Assembly: GCA_049975205.1 (NCBI GenBank)
Contig: JBNGDL010000013.1
Span: 12,643-76,642 of the forward strand
DNA: 64,000 nucleotides
From: Anaerolineae bacterium
Lineage (GTDB): Bacteria; Chloroflexota; Anaerolineae; B4-G1; SLSP01
Direction: 5' to 3'
Below, piece by piece: positions 46,088-54,845 of this stretch. The notes beneath the pieces were generated by a model that worked only from the letters and a program-made list of their open reading frames with translations, was not told the DNA's origin and did not search any database. The stretch's first letter is position 1. Every line of letters begins with the position of its first letter. Both the position numbers and the translations under genes were made by a program.

Positions 46088-48364
46088 TTAGGGCTGCGGT
46101 AGGGTTATTTGGGTGCCGTCACTGTCCCCGTCGGGGTCGGTGTTGGCTGATGAATCATACGTCATCTCGATGTGGGAGATCGCCTCGACCGTAAAGATCA
46201 CAAGGCTGACGTTTTTCTTGATGTCCTGGTTGCTGAGACTGCACGCGCCGGTTGCGTCAGTCGCGCACGAGACCGTGCCGGAGACCCCGTCGCTCCAAAC
46301 GCCGTCGACCGTGGCGTCAGGCACGGGGTTGCCGTTGGCATCGAGGACCATCACGACAACGACGGCCTCCCAGCGACTGCGGTTGGCGCTCGACGATCCA
46401 TCCAGATCGCCGATGTGCATCGTAACCCCTGGGTCAGGCGTCGGCGTAGGGCTGGGTGTTGGGGTCGGCGTGGGCGTGGGACTCGGTGTTGGCGTTGGGG
46501 TCGGGCTCGGTGTCGGCGTGGGGTCACCGCCACCGCTGTAGACCTCGAACTCGCTCAACCAATTGCGCCAGCCGTCGTGGCTCCAGGCTGTGGATTCCAG
46601 CCTCACGTAGCGCGCTGAGTATGGCCCGAAGCTGGCGGAGTCCACGCCACCATCCCCGGCGGTCGTGCTGAAGACAGGTGTCCACGCGGCCCCGTCCGGT
46701 GAGACGGCGATCGCATAGCTGGTGGCGTAGTAGTCGCCCCACGTCAGCACAACCCTGCCGACGGGCACGCTGGCCCCGAGGTCAACTGTGATCCACTCCG
46801 AGGGTAGCTTGTTCCTCCCCACCGCCTTCTCTGTCATCCAGTAGGTGACGGGATCTCCATCTACCGCCATCTCCCCGCTGTGGTCGCCGTCCTCGAAAGA
46901 GGAGGCCGTGACGGCGCTGTTCAGCGCCAGGTTGACCGTTGGGTCTGGCGTCGGTGCGTTCAGAAGCCATTCGTACGCGGCCCAGAGGTCGAGCCGACCG
47001 TACCCGAAATCGTTATCCGGTCCGACAGGTCCCAGATCGACGGCGCTGTTGAGGAGTGCGGCTTCCTGTTCAGCGATCGATGACGCCGGGAACGCGGACA
47101 GAAGAAGAGCCAGCCCGCCTGCGACGTGCGGTGCTGCGAGAGAGGTGCCCGTAGCATCGGTGTAGGATCCGTACAGATCTGTCGTATGGATGCTCACCCC
47201 AGGCGCCACCAGCTCGGGGAAAATCATCTCCATTTCCCCGCATCCTGAGGGGCCGCGGCTGCTGACCACGTAGACCTGGTCACTGTTATCTGTGGCCCCC
47301 ACCGCGAAGGCGGATGGATTGTTCGCCGGGCTGAAGCTCGTCTGCGGGTCGGGTCCGCCGTTGCCTGCGGCGAAGACCGGCAAGATGCCGGCAGCGCGCA
47401 AAGACTGAAGATCCAACTCGAACTCGAGATCACAACCGGGTGACGCCATGGTCCAGGAGTTGTTGACCGTGTGAGGGGCATCCGGTGTGGAGGGATCGCC
47501 GTCGGGATCCAGCAGCCACTGGAATCCCTGATGGATGGCTGTGGCCGTCGCTCCACCTTGATCGTCAAAGATCTTGACGGCAATCCATTCTGCGCCAGGT
47601 GCGACGCCGACGGCTGTCCCGCCTTCATTGCCGCCGACCATCACACCCATGGTCCACGTACCGTGACCGCTTAGATCTACGGGTGTATCGGGATGCTCGC
47701 CGTATGGGTCGAACCAGCTGTTTGCCCCGCCTCGCCAGCGACTGCTCAGGTCTGGGTGGCTGACGTCTACGCCGCTATCCATGTTGGCGACCACCGCTCC
47801 CTGACCCGAGATGCCCAAATCCCACAATTCGGGTGCGCCGACGACGGATAGGTTTGGTTCCGGAAGTCCGGCTGTCTGCGTGGTCGTGATTTCGATGGCG
47901 TCCGGTGTGATCTTTGCCACGTCGGCTCGCGCGGCCAATTCCTGAATCACATCTCGTGTCGCCGTCACCGCGAGGCCATTGAAGGCCCAGAAGGAAGCGA
48001 CGTGGCTGACCTTGCCTTTGGCCTGCCGGGCCGCCAATAGGGCTCTGATCTGGCGCTGAGACGCCTCCGCCTTGGCTTGCAGAGCGCGAATCACGCCCTC
48101 CTGACGGGCGGCTCGACTTGCGCCCGGTATCTCGCTCAGATCTGCCTGGTCGACAAGGGTGACGATGACGGTTGTCATCTCCCCCTCTTGCAGCGAGGCC
48201 ATCGCGGCATGCACCGAGGGGGCGATCTTGTCATCTCCCGCCTGCCCATATTGAGATGTCGGCTCGAAATCCAAGGCAGACAGTTGGGCCCCGACAGGGC
48301 CGGCGGTCAAGACAAATGACAACACCAAGAGAACCAACGGGATTCGGGCAGCTATCGTCCGCAT
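46088..48364 (-). CDS. Secreted S8 subtilisin-family protease with F5/8 type C (discoidin) domain, Pro/Thr linker and C-terminal beta domain
   Basis: Start re-set to MRTIAARIPLVLLV (AAGGAGAG RBS). This removes the apparent overlap with the upstream gene. VANMDSGVD, HGTWTMG, GTSLAAPHVAGG. Discoidin domain (AVDGDPVTYW...WITVDLG...ARYVRLE). Confidence 0.9.
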   Translation of the reverse strand: MRTIAARIPLVLLVLSFVLTAGPVGAQLSALDFEPTSQYGQAGDDKIAPSVHAAMASLQEGEMTTVIVTLVDQADLSEIPGASRAARQEGVIRALQAKAEASQRQIRALLAARQAKGKVSHVASFWAFNGLAVTATRDVIQELAARADVAKITPDAIEITTTQTAGLPEPNLSVVGAPELWDLGISGQGAVVANMDSGVDVSHPDLSSRWRGGANSWFDPYGEHPDTPVDLSGHGTWTMGVMVGGNEGGTAVGVAPGAEWIAVKIFDDQGGATATAIHQGFQWLLDPDGDPSTPDAPHTVNNSWTMASPGCDLEFELDLQSLRAAGILPVFAAGNGGPDPQTSFSPANNPSAFAVGATDNSDQVYVVSSRGPSGCGEMEMIFPELVAPGVSIHTTDLYGSYTDATGTSLAAPHVAGGLALLLSAFPASSIAEQEAALLNSAVDLGPVGPDNDFGYGRLDLWAAYEWLLNAPTPDPTVNLALNSAVTASSFEDGDHSGEMAVDGDPVTYWMTEKAVGRNKLPSEWITVDLGASVPVGRVVLTWGDYYATSYAIAVSPDGAAWTPVFSTTAGDGGVDSASFGPYSARYVRLESTAWSHDGWRNWLSEFEVYSGGGDPTPTPSPTPTPTPSPTPTPTPTPSPTPTPDPGVTMHIGDLDGSSSANRSRWEAVVVVMVLDANGNPVPDATVDGVWSDGVSGTVSCATDATGACSLSNQDIKKNVSLVIFTVEAISHIEMTYDSSANTDPDGDSDGTQITLPQP
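46436..46522 (-). repeat. Imperfect hexanucleotide repeat encoding a 29-residue (PTPTPS)n linker
   Basis: Encodes PTPTPSPTPTPTPSPTPTPTPTPSPTPTP. The plus strand shows GGCGT[CG]GG-type periodicity. Confidence 0.9.
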
Positions 48365-48380
48365 AGAGTCTCTCCTTTGC

Positions 48381-48878
48381 TCACTGCGCGACGATTGGCT
48401 CAAGCCGCACGTCGCCGAACTCTACGATCACAGGGGTGCCGGGTTGGATAAGGCCTCCGTTATTGGCGAAAAAGATGAATAAAATCCCGCCTTCTTCCCA
48501 TCGGATGCCATCGGCCAAGCCCTCGGCTCTAGGTAAGGCCTCGCCGCTCTCTGCGGCGATCAGCCTTGGCATGTTGTTCGGATCCTCCAGGAACCTGCGG
48601 GCCTTCTCCACGTTGTGGATCTTCAGACGGACATCGATCATGCCGCCTCCGGCGGTCACCCCGATCAATCGCACGCCTAGCCCGTGGCGCGCCTCCAGTT
48701 GTGCCGCGGACACAAACTGCGTCCCTCCGAGCGTCCCCTCAGCCGGCGTGGCCTTCCACACGCTGTAACCAAGGAATCCTACGGTGGCGAGCACCACGAG
48801 GACGATAAGCAGCACCGGTCTGACGCGCCGGTGAGTCGATGCTGGCATAGGTTCATAGCTAGTGATCTGTTCACTCAT
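48381..48878 (-). CDS. Single-pass membrane-anchored protein, unknown function
   Basis: TM VRPVLLIVLVVLATVGFLGYSVW, then a domain of about 120 aa. GGGAGG RBS. Its stop lies 16 nt before the next gene's start. No family recognised. Confidence 0.55.
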   Translation of the reverse strand: MSEQITSYEPMPASTHRRVRPVLLIVLVVLATVGFLGYSVWKATPAEGTLGGTQFVSAAQLEARHGLGVRLIGVTAGGGMIDVRLKIHNVEKARRFLEDPNNMPRLIAAESGEALPRAEGLADGIRWEEGGILFIFFANNGGLIQPGTPVIVEFGDVRLEPIVAQ

Positions 48879-49014
48879 ATCAAGTTACCTCCCGCACGGC
48901 GAGAGGCCATCACGTGTCGTGTGGCCCCCTGCCGTACACGCTCTGCTGACTTGGGACTGGAGGCGCAGGCGATTGAAGCACCCACGCCTCCGGTCCCAGT
49001 GAGATGGCCCCGGT

Positions 49015-52000
49015 TCACGGGCCGATGACTGTCTGCCGTCTCGACACAAAGGCATCGAAGTACAGCGTGCCCGATGCATTGCTGGTCAGGCCGTCGGAGG
49101 GTCCTAGATGGACCGCTTCCAACAGGTAGGCGCTGGTGTCCAGCCCTGTCAGCGTCTCCACCGACGTGCCACTGTCGATGTAGAGGCTGAAGGATGCGTT
49201 TGCCCCCGAGGCCCAGTCGATCTCGATCCAGTGTGGCGTGGTGGGATCGATGGTATACCAGGCGGTGTTGGTGAACGCACCACCTGACAGTGCTGAGGCA
49301 CGTATCTGGTAGGTGCCGCCGGCCTGGTTCTGACGCCGGTACTGCACCCGGAAGATCGTGGTGTTCACCGCGTCCACGCCGGCGAAGATCGTGTATGCTT
49401 GATTCTGGCCGGTCAGGGCGCTGTTGGCGTTGAAGTAGAAACGGGCGTGGTAGCTCGGCTCTTGAGCGGGCGTGAGGTCCGTGACGTAGCCCGGCGTGAT
49501 GCCGGCCATGACCGCTTCCATCCCAAATCCATCGCCATCGATTGCTGCTGTGGCAGCCGCGCTCACAGGACCTACTGCACCGCCGTTCCAGGTCGTGAGG
49601 TCGCCGGACGCGAAGCTATCGGCGAAGATGTCGTCAGGAGGCACCACGGCGAGCACGACGCTTTGCGCAGCGCTCCAGTTCCCCGCGGCGTCCTGCGCCC
49701 GCACATAGAGCGTATGATCGCCGGCGCTGAATCCGCTCATGTCGATCGACGCTGTCAGGCCCTCCGTCATGCTATCGAAGGCGCCATCCGTGGCAGCCAT
49801 CGGGATGCCATTGCTCATGCCGGGATCAACGCCTGCATACCACTCCGCCTTGACGATGATCGCGTCGGCGTCGGTGGCGTTCGCCGTCAGCGCTACGGTG
49901 CTCGCGCCATCCGTCGGGTTGGGGTCAGCAACGACGTTACTGACCGTCGGTGAGGTTTTGTCGATCACCAGGTCCGTGGCTGTGGCTGTGCCCCAGTTGC
50001 CCGAGGCGTCCTGACCGTGGACCCAGATCTGATGCGTACCTTCCGCAAGTTGGTTGATGGTCGAGAGCGGGATGTAGGCATACGCCGCTTCCAGCAGCTC
50101 GTCGAACAATCCATCACCTGGTGTCAGTGGGAAGCCGGTGCCATCCGTGCCGACGGTATCGATGAAGCCCTCGACTCGTGAGAGCGTGGAGGCTGTATCG
50201 CTGAGGGTGGCATCCACTCTCACGGCGTACCGAGTTGGGTTGTAGGGAAGGGCGCCGTTGTTGGGGTTGGGGGTCGCCGTGACGTCGCTTGCCGTCGGCC
50301 CTGTCACATCCACGACCAACGTGGTCGTGACGTAATCCCCCCACCATCCAAAGGCATCCATGCTGTGGACGTAGACGGTGTGTTCTCCTTCTGAGAGTGT
50401 GCCCATCGTTGCCGCGTCGATGCTGCCCTCGAGTCCCGCGATCGGTGCTGTGACGTTGGTGGTCAACGGTAGGCCGTCGCCATTGATCCCGGTGGCATCG
50501 ATGAAGTATTCGGCGGCGGCGATGTCGCTGTTGCCGGTAGCCGAGTCATCGCCGGTAGCGGTGATCAGCACCTCCGCGCTACCGTCGCTTGGGTTGGGTG
50601 CAAGGGAGACATCGCTGGTCGCGGGCCCCAGCTTGTCGAGATGGAGCACGCTGAAGTTGAACGCGCCCCAGTTGCCCAGGGCGTCTTGCCCGTGCACGTA
50701 GATGGTGTGATCGCCAGACGGCCAGTTGGCCAACGAGGCTGTGGAGATGGCTACGCTCACATCCTCCGTTGGTGAATCGAAGGCGCCATCGGCGGCAACC
50801 AACTGTATGCCCGTCCCAGGAACGCCCGCTGTGTTGGTGAAGTACTCAGCGGCTTGGATGTTGGCGCCTCCAGTGGCGGCATCGCTTACCGTCGCGCTTA
50901 GGCTCACGTCTACCGAGCCGTCTGCGGGGTTGGGCGCCAGCGCCATCGCGCTGGTCGTCGGCCCGGCGATGTCATCCGTTGGGACGCCATCCGTGACGGT
51001 GATGAAGGTCAGCATCCCGCCAAAGCCTGCCGCTCCATTGTTGTGCAGCAGCATACTGGTGTCATAGAGGGCGTAGCGGGTGTCGCCGACCGTGCCTGCT
51101 TCTGCGGGCACCGTGACCAAGCGATCACTCGTCTGGCCCGATCCGACCGTGGCGGATGCTACCTCATACGGGTAGGAGAGCGGGCTCCCGTCCACCGCTA
51201 TTACCTTCTGATGCATCCCGAGCACGCCTAGCGAGTGTTGCACGATCCCGGCGTTGACGATGCGCAGCAAAATCGTGTTGCCGGCCATGCTGAGGATCTC
51301 ATCCGTCTGCGGATAGGCCTTCCCGTTGATCAGGAAGTACTTCGGTGCGTAATCCCGCATGTCGAAGGCGGCAGGATCCGCGCTGTTGTTCAGCGCAGGA
51401 TCGATCTCGCTGAGTACCAACAACTCCTCATCGACGAAGGTGGTGGCCGCGTCGGTGTACGCCTGGTTGATGGCGGCCGCGGGCCGCACGACCAGAGCGC
51501 CGAAGAGGCCCATCGCCACCTGATGCTGAGCGTTGGGTAGCAAGCCGGCCTCATAGAGGTAAGTGCCGGGGTTGCTGGCGGTGAAGCTGTAGGTCTTGGT
51601 GCCGCCGGGAGCCACGCCTGTCAAGTCCGGCATCATCGCCTGACCTGGGAAGACCAGCGCGGTGTTGTCCGCAAGGTCGTTGTGCAGAACCACTTGGACG
51701 GTCTCGCCCTGGTGGGCGATCAGGGCCGGTCCGGGAAGCGAGGGGGCCCCGCCAACTGTACTTGCGTAACCCCAGATCGTCACCGTGGCCCCGTCTGGCA
51801 AGTTGAGCGAACCGGTGGTTGCCCAGACCTCGCAGGTGCGGGTGTTGGTACCTCCATCATAGGTGCAGGTACTATCGGGTAGGGTGGCCGCTCGGACTGC
51901 GCTGGCGGGCGCCTCGGGTGGTGCAGCCAGGGTCAGAAACACCTGACTCAGGCTGACAACTGCGAGCGCCACGACCAGCAGGATTGGGACGCTGATGCTA

Positions 52001-52026
52001 GCGATTCGTCGCAATTTGGTGTTCAT
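49015..52026 (-). CDS. Secreted multidomain protein: copper-ligand-free two-cupredoxin (MCO-like) module, four Ig-like repeats and a C-terminal jelly-roll (LamG/ConA-like?) domain
   Basis: N-terminal signal/anchor. Residues about 45-345 are paralogous to the 52067..53392 product (ALVFPGQ vs SIMFPGQ; GTYLYEAG..MGLFGALVVRP vs GTFVYQSG..MGLFGVLIVRP) but lack HxH/HCH motifs. Four repeats of about 110 aa follow. Confidence 0.8.
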   Translation of the reverse strand: MNTKLRRIASISVPILLVVALAVVSLSQVFLTLAAPPEAPASAVRAATLPDSTCTYDGGTNTRTCEVWATTGSLNLPDGATVTIWGYASTVGGAPSLPGPALIAHQGETVQVVLHNDLADNTALVFPGQAMMPDLTGVAPGGTKTYSFTASNPGTYLYEAGLLPNAQHQVAMGLFGALVVRPAAAINQAYTDAATTFVDEELLVLSEIDPALNNSADPAAFDMRDYAPKYFLINGKAYPQTDEILSMAGNTILLRIVNAGIVQHSLGVLGMHQKVIAVDGSPLSYPYEVASATVGSGQTSDRLVTVPAEAGTVGDTRYALYDTSMLLHNNGAAGFGGMLTFITVTDGVPTDDIAGPTTSAMALAPNPADGSVDVSLSATVSDAATGGANIQAAEYFTNTAGVPGTGIQLVAADGAFDSPTEDVSVAISTASLANWPSGDHTIYVHGQDALGNWGAFNFSVLHLDKLGPATSDVSLAPNPSDGSAEVLITATGDDSATGNSDIAAAEYFIDATGINGDGLPLTTNVTAPIAGLEGSIDAATMGTLSEGEHTVYVHSMDAFGWWGDYVTTTLVVDVTGPTASDVTATPNPNNGALPYNPTRYAVRVDATLSDTASTLSRVEGFIDTVGTDGTGFPLTPGDGLFDELLEAAYAYIPLSTINQLAEGTHQIWVHGQDASGNWGTATATDLVIDKTSPTVSNVVADPNPTDGASTVALTANATDADAIIVKAEWYAGVDPGMSNGIPMAATDGAFDSMTEGLTASIDMSGFSAGDHTLYVRAQDAAGNWSAAQSVVLAVVPPDDIFADSFASGDLTTWNGGAVGPVSAAATAAIDGDGFGMEAVMAGITPGYVTDLTPAQEPSYHARFYFNANSALTGQNQAYTIFAGVDAVNTTIFRVQYRRQNQAGGTYQIRASALSGGAFTNTAWYTIDPTTPHWIEIDWASGANASFSLYIDSGTSVETLTGLDTSAYLLEAVHLGPSDGLTSNASGTLYFDAFVSRRQTVIGP
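49636..50964 (-). repeat. Four tandem protein-level repeats of about 110 aa (Ig-like)
   Basis: Each unit contains [LA]xPNPxDGS...AAEY[FW]...G.G..L...DG.FDS..E......S....L..G[DE]HT[IVL][YW]VH[GS]xDAxGNWG. Approximate residues 355-797. Confidence 0.75.
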
Positions 52027-52066
52027 AGCTAACTCCTAGATTCGTATCGTGTCCACAGATGGCCAC

Positions 52067-53392
52067 CTACGGGCACCCACCGGGCGGGTCGATCCGCAGG
52101 AAGGTGATGGGACCCGTCATGGGTGCGCCCCAGGACGTGATCTTGTGTAACGCATGGATGTGCGAGATGACGTAGTACTCTCCGCATTCGTTAAGCGTGG
52201 TGAAGTCGACCGGGAAGACGCCCTGCTCGCCCAGGTAGGGGCTGCCGCTGTAGAGCGGGCCGAAGCCCACGTCCACCGGGCTGGGGATGTCCACCGTGAC
52301 CGGGTTGGTCTCAGGATCGTATCCCTCTGAGTCGGACCACCTGAAGAGGCCGTCCCATGTCTGGCCCGGGCCCATAGGCACAGAGAAATTCTCGTAGGCG
52401 AGATCCTCTCCGGCAGGCCCTTCCAGCGTGCGCCCGTCGCGGCTGGTAATCAGCGCGCTCTTGCTGTGCGGGTGCATTGGGAGGTCTACGGTGCCGACGC
52501 TGACGTATCGCCCCAGCGACCAGTCAGGGTTGTAGTTGGGCAGGCCAGGGTCGTCCTGGAAAGGTTCGACACGCGCCAGCGCACCGTATGGCTGAGACGG
52601 CAGCCAAGAGGCGTAGTTAGGCGCGAAGCTGTCGGGAAAACCGCGGCCGTTGATCAGCCAGTAGCGGGGATGGTAGTTGGCCATATCGAAGGTAAACTCC
52701 TCACCGTAGAGCATCTGGCGCTCAACCGCTTGGTTCAGGTAGGGGTCGATCTCCGACAGCAACACCAGGAACTCCGTGTCGGGGTTGAACTCGCTGTCCG
52801 GACGGTTGTTGACGTAGTTTGGTCCAAGGCTCGGGCGCACGATGAGTACGCCGAACAACCCCATACGGACCTGCTTGGCGGGGTTTGTGCCGCTCTGATA
52901 GACGAAGGTGCCTGGGCTGGTGGCCGTGAAGCTGTACGTCACGCTGCCGCCGTTGGCAGGCGCCACGTTTGTGAGTGAAGTGAGCTCGCCCGTGACGGCG
53001 TCAAACTGAGGTTGCGCCGGTGCACCATCCGCCAACACGTTCTCCTGCCCGGGGAACATAATCGAGACGTCCTCTGGCAGCGTATTCTGCAGGATGATGG
53101 TCACTGTGTCCCCCTCAGTGACGCACAACACCGGGCTTGGGTGCTGGAAGGGCTCGTCGCTTTCCGAGTAGCCCCACATGTAGACCACGTTGTCGTCGGG
53201 GGTTCCGATATAGCCCGTCTTCGTGGTCAGGGTGAAGGTGGCGTCCGGGCTCGTGGTACAGACAATGCCCCCGGTGGGGCCTGCCTGTGCGGCTGCGAGC
53301 TGGACGTTTATCGCCGGAGCGACAAAGACGAGCAGCAAGATCACCGCGAGTGCCGGTCTCCACCGTATCTGCTTGAGTAGTTGTGTATGCAT
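52067..53392 (-). CDS. Secreted two-cupredoxin multicopper-oxidase-like protein lacking a type-1 site but keeping two HxH pairs in domain 2
   Basis: Sec signal peptide. Domain 1 has no His motifs. Domain 2 has LPMHPHS (H307, H309) and ISHIHALH...M (H411-I-H413), i.e. HCH with Cys replaced by Ile. Confidence 0.75.
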   Translation of the reverse strand: MHTQLLKQIRWRPALAVILLLVFVAPAINVQLAAAQAGPTGGIVCTTSPDATFTLTTKTGYIGTPDDNVVYMWGYSESDEPFQHPSPVLCVTEGDTVTIILQNTLPEDVSIMFPGQENVLADGAPAQPQFDAVTGELTSLTNVAPANGGSVTYSFTATSPGTFVYQSGTNPAKQVRMGLFGVLIVRPSLGPNYVNNRPDSEFNPDTEFLVLLSEIDPYLNQAVERQMLYGEEFTFDMANYHPRYWLINGRGFPDSFAPNYASWLPSQPYGALARVEPFQDDPGLPNYNPDWSLGRYVSVGTVDLPMHPHSKSALITSRDGRTLEGPAGEDLAYENFSVPMGPGQTWDGLFRWSDSEGYDPETNPVTVDIPSPVDVGFGPLYSGSPYLGEQGVFPVDFTTLNECGEYYVISHIHALHKITSWGAPMTGPITFLRIDPPGGCP

Positions 53393-53426
53393 TTTCTGAC
53401 TCCTTTTTGTTACGTGTGGGTCCAGC

Positions 53427-54770
53427 CTAAGTGTTGGGCAGCGCTTGCGGGCCCAACGTGTTGCTCGGATACACCCGCACCTCTGTCATAGGTCCTCCGA
53501 AGCCGGAGGGATCCCGGTTGTTGATGTGGCGGTAGTTGCGGTTGTAGAGCAGGTAGGTGTCGTACGGCCCGGGGCCATGGTAGGGGGGCGCCTCAAAGAT
53601 GGCGTCATAGCTCTCGCCGACCCCGATGAAGATGCTGTTTGTCTCGTAGGTGAGATCGGTGTCGTCCCTTCCACGCAGTAGCGTGGCATCCTTGCCGACA
53701 ACCCGCATTCTGATGCCACTCAGGGTCATGTTCTGCTTGCTGAATCCTAGGTTCGAGAAGCGGAGTAGCACCCGCTCCCCCTCGTTAGCTTGCACCAGCG
53801 AGGAGAGGGGCTGGTACTTGAGATGCTCGTAACCGGGTGTTGGAATCAGATCCCCGGTGCTGTTCTCATACTCGGGGTTCCGGAAATCGATCGAGCCATT
53901 AGGCGCGATGGTGTCCGGGTAGACCCGACCGTTGAGCAGGTGGAAGTCGGCTCGATATTCATCCCAGTTGGGCAGCTGCACGTGAGAGAAGGCCCAGTGG
54001 GCCTCGGCCCAGATCTCGGTGAGCAGCATGGCGAATTCGCGATCGTACCCCGTTGAACCATCGCCATCGTTATAGGCGTATTTGCCGCTGGGATAGAATG
54101 TCGTGTCGCCGTTCTGCATCGGTCGCACGAACACCAGGCCTGTCATACCGAGATGCACGTGCTCGACGTCTTCCACGTGGCAGTGGTACATATAGGTGCC
54201 CGGTTCGCGGACCCGATAGGCGTAGGTGAACTCGCCCGCAATGGGTACTGCCAAGGACGTGTTAGGCTCGCCGTCGAAGAAGGGGATGACGTTCCGCAGG
54301 CCGTGGAAGTGGACTGTGTGCTCGTCGATCAGGTCCGGGCGCATGGTCAGGCCAAGATTGGTGATCGTCAGCCTGAATTCGTTGGGATTCCCGACCTCGT
54401 CATATTGATCGATCCAGAACAAAGGGGACGGATGCGTCGCCTTGCCCTTCTGGGCTTCCTTACGCTTCTGATTCATCCCGGTCACGTTGCGGAATCCGAA
54501 CATATAGGTCGTGAAAGGAGCGGGCGCTAGGTTGTCCGGATGGTATGGCGAGATAGCCGGCGATGACGGCAGCGAGATCCACGCATCCGTACCCGCCAGG
54601 TACATATCCGGGTCGCCGTTCGCCGCCTCCACGACCTCGATCGGCTTCAGCACATTTCGCCCTAGAGAGCTGGGCAGCAGCCGGGTTCCTGCTGCAGCGA
54701 CTAGGCCACCGCCGACGAGCTTGAGAAAGCTCCGTCTGTTGAGTCTACGGCTAGATAGTTGTTCAGTCAT
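53427..54770 (-). CDS. Tat-exported two-cupredoxin multicopper oxidase with type-1 site and two HxH pairs in domain 1
   Basis: Twin-arginine signal NRRSFLK. HTVHFHG (H151, H154, H156). YMYHCHVEDVEHVHLGM (H196-C197-H198, H204/H206, M209). Domain 2 has no HxH pairs. Confidence 0.85.
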   Translation of the reverse strand: MTEQLSSRRLNRRSFLKLVGGGLVAAAGTRLLPSSLGRNVLKPIEVVEAANGDPDMYLAGTDAWISLPSSPAISPYHPDNLAPAPFTTYMFGFRNVTGMNQKRKEAQKGKATHPSPLFWIDQYDEVGNPNEFRLTITNLGLTMRPDLIDEHTVHFHGLRNVIPFFDGEPNTSLAVPIAGEFTYAYRVREPGTYMYHCHVEDVEHVHLGMTGLVFVRPMQNGDTTFYPSGKYAYNDGDGSTGYDREFAMLLTEIWAEAHWAFSHVQLPNWDEYRADFHLLNGRVYPDTIAPNGSIDFRNPEYENSTGDLIPTPGYEHLKYQPLSSLVQANEGERVLLRFSNLGFSKQNMTLSGIRMRVVGKDATLLRGRDDTDLTYETNSIFIGVGESYDAIFEAPPYHGPGPYDTYLLYNRNYRHINNRDPSGFGGPMTEVRVYPSNTLGPQALPNT

Positions 54771-54845
54771 TGGTATTTCTCCTTAGCTAATCTCGGGGTT
54801 GGGGATCGGCCATCGGACCGATCCCCAACCCATCGTGTCGATAGT

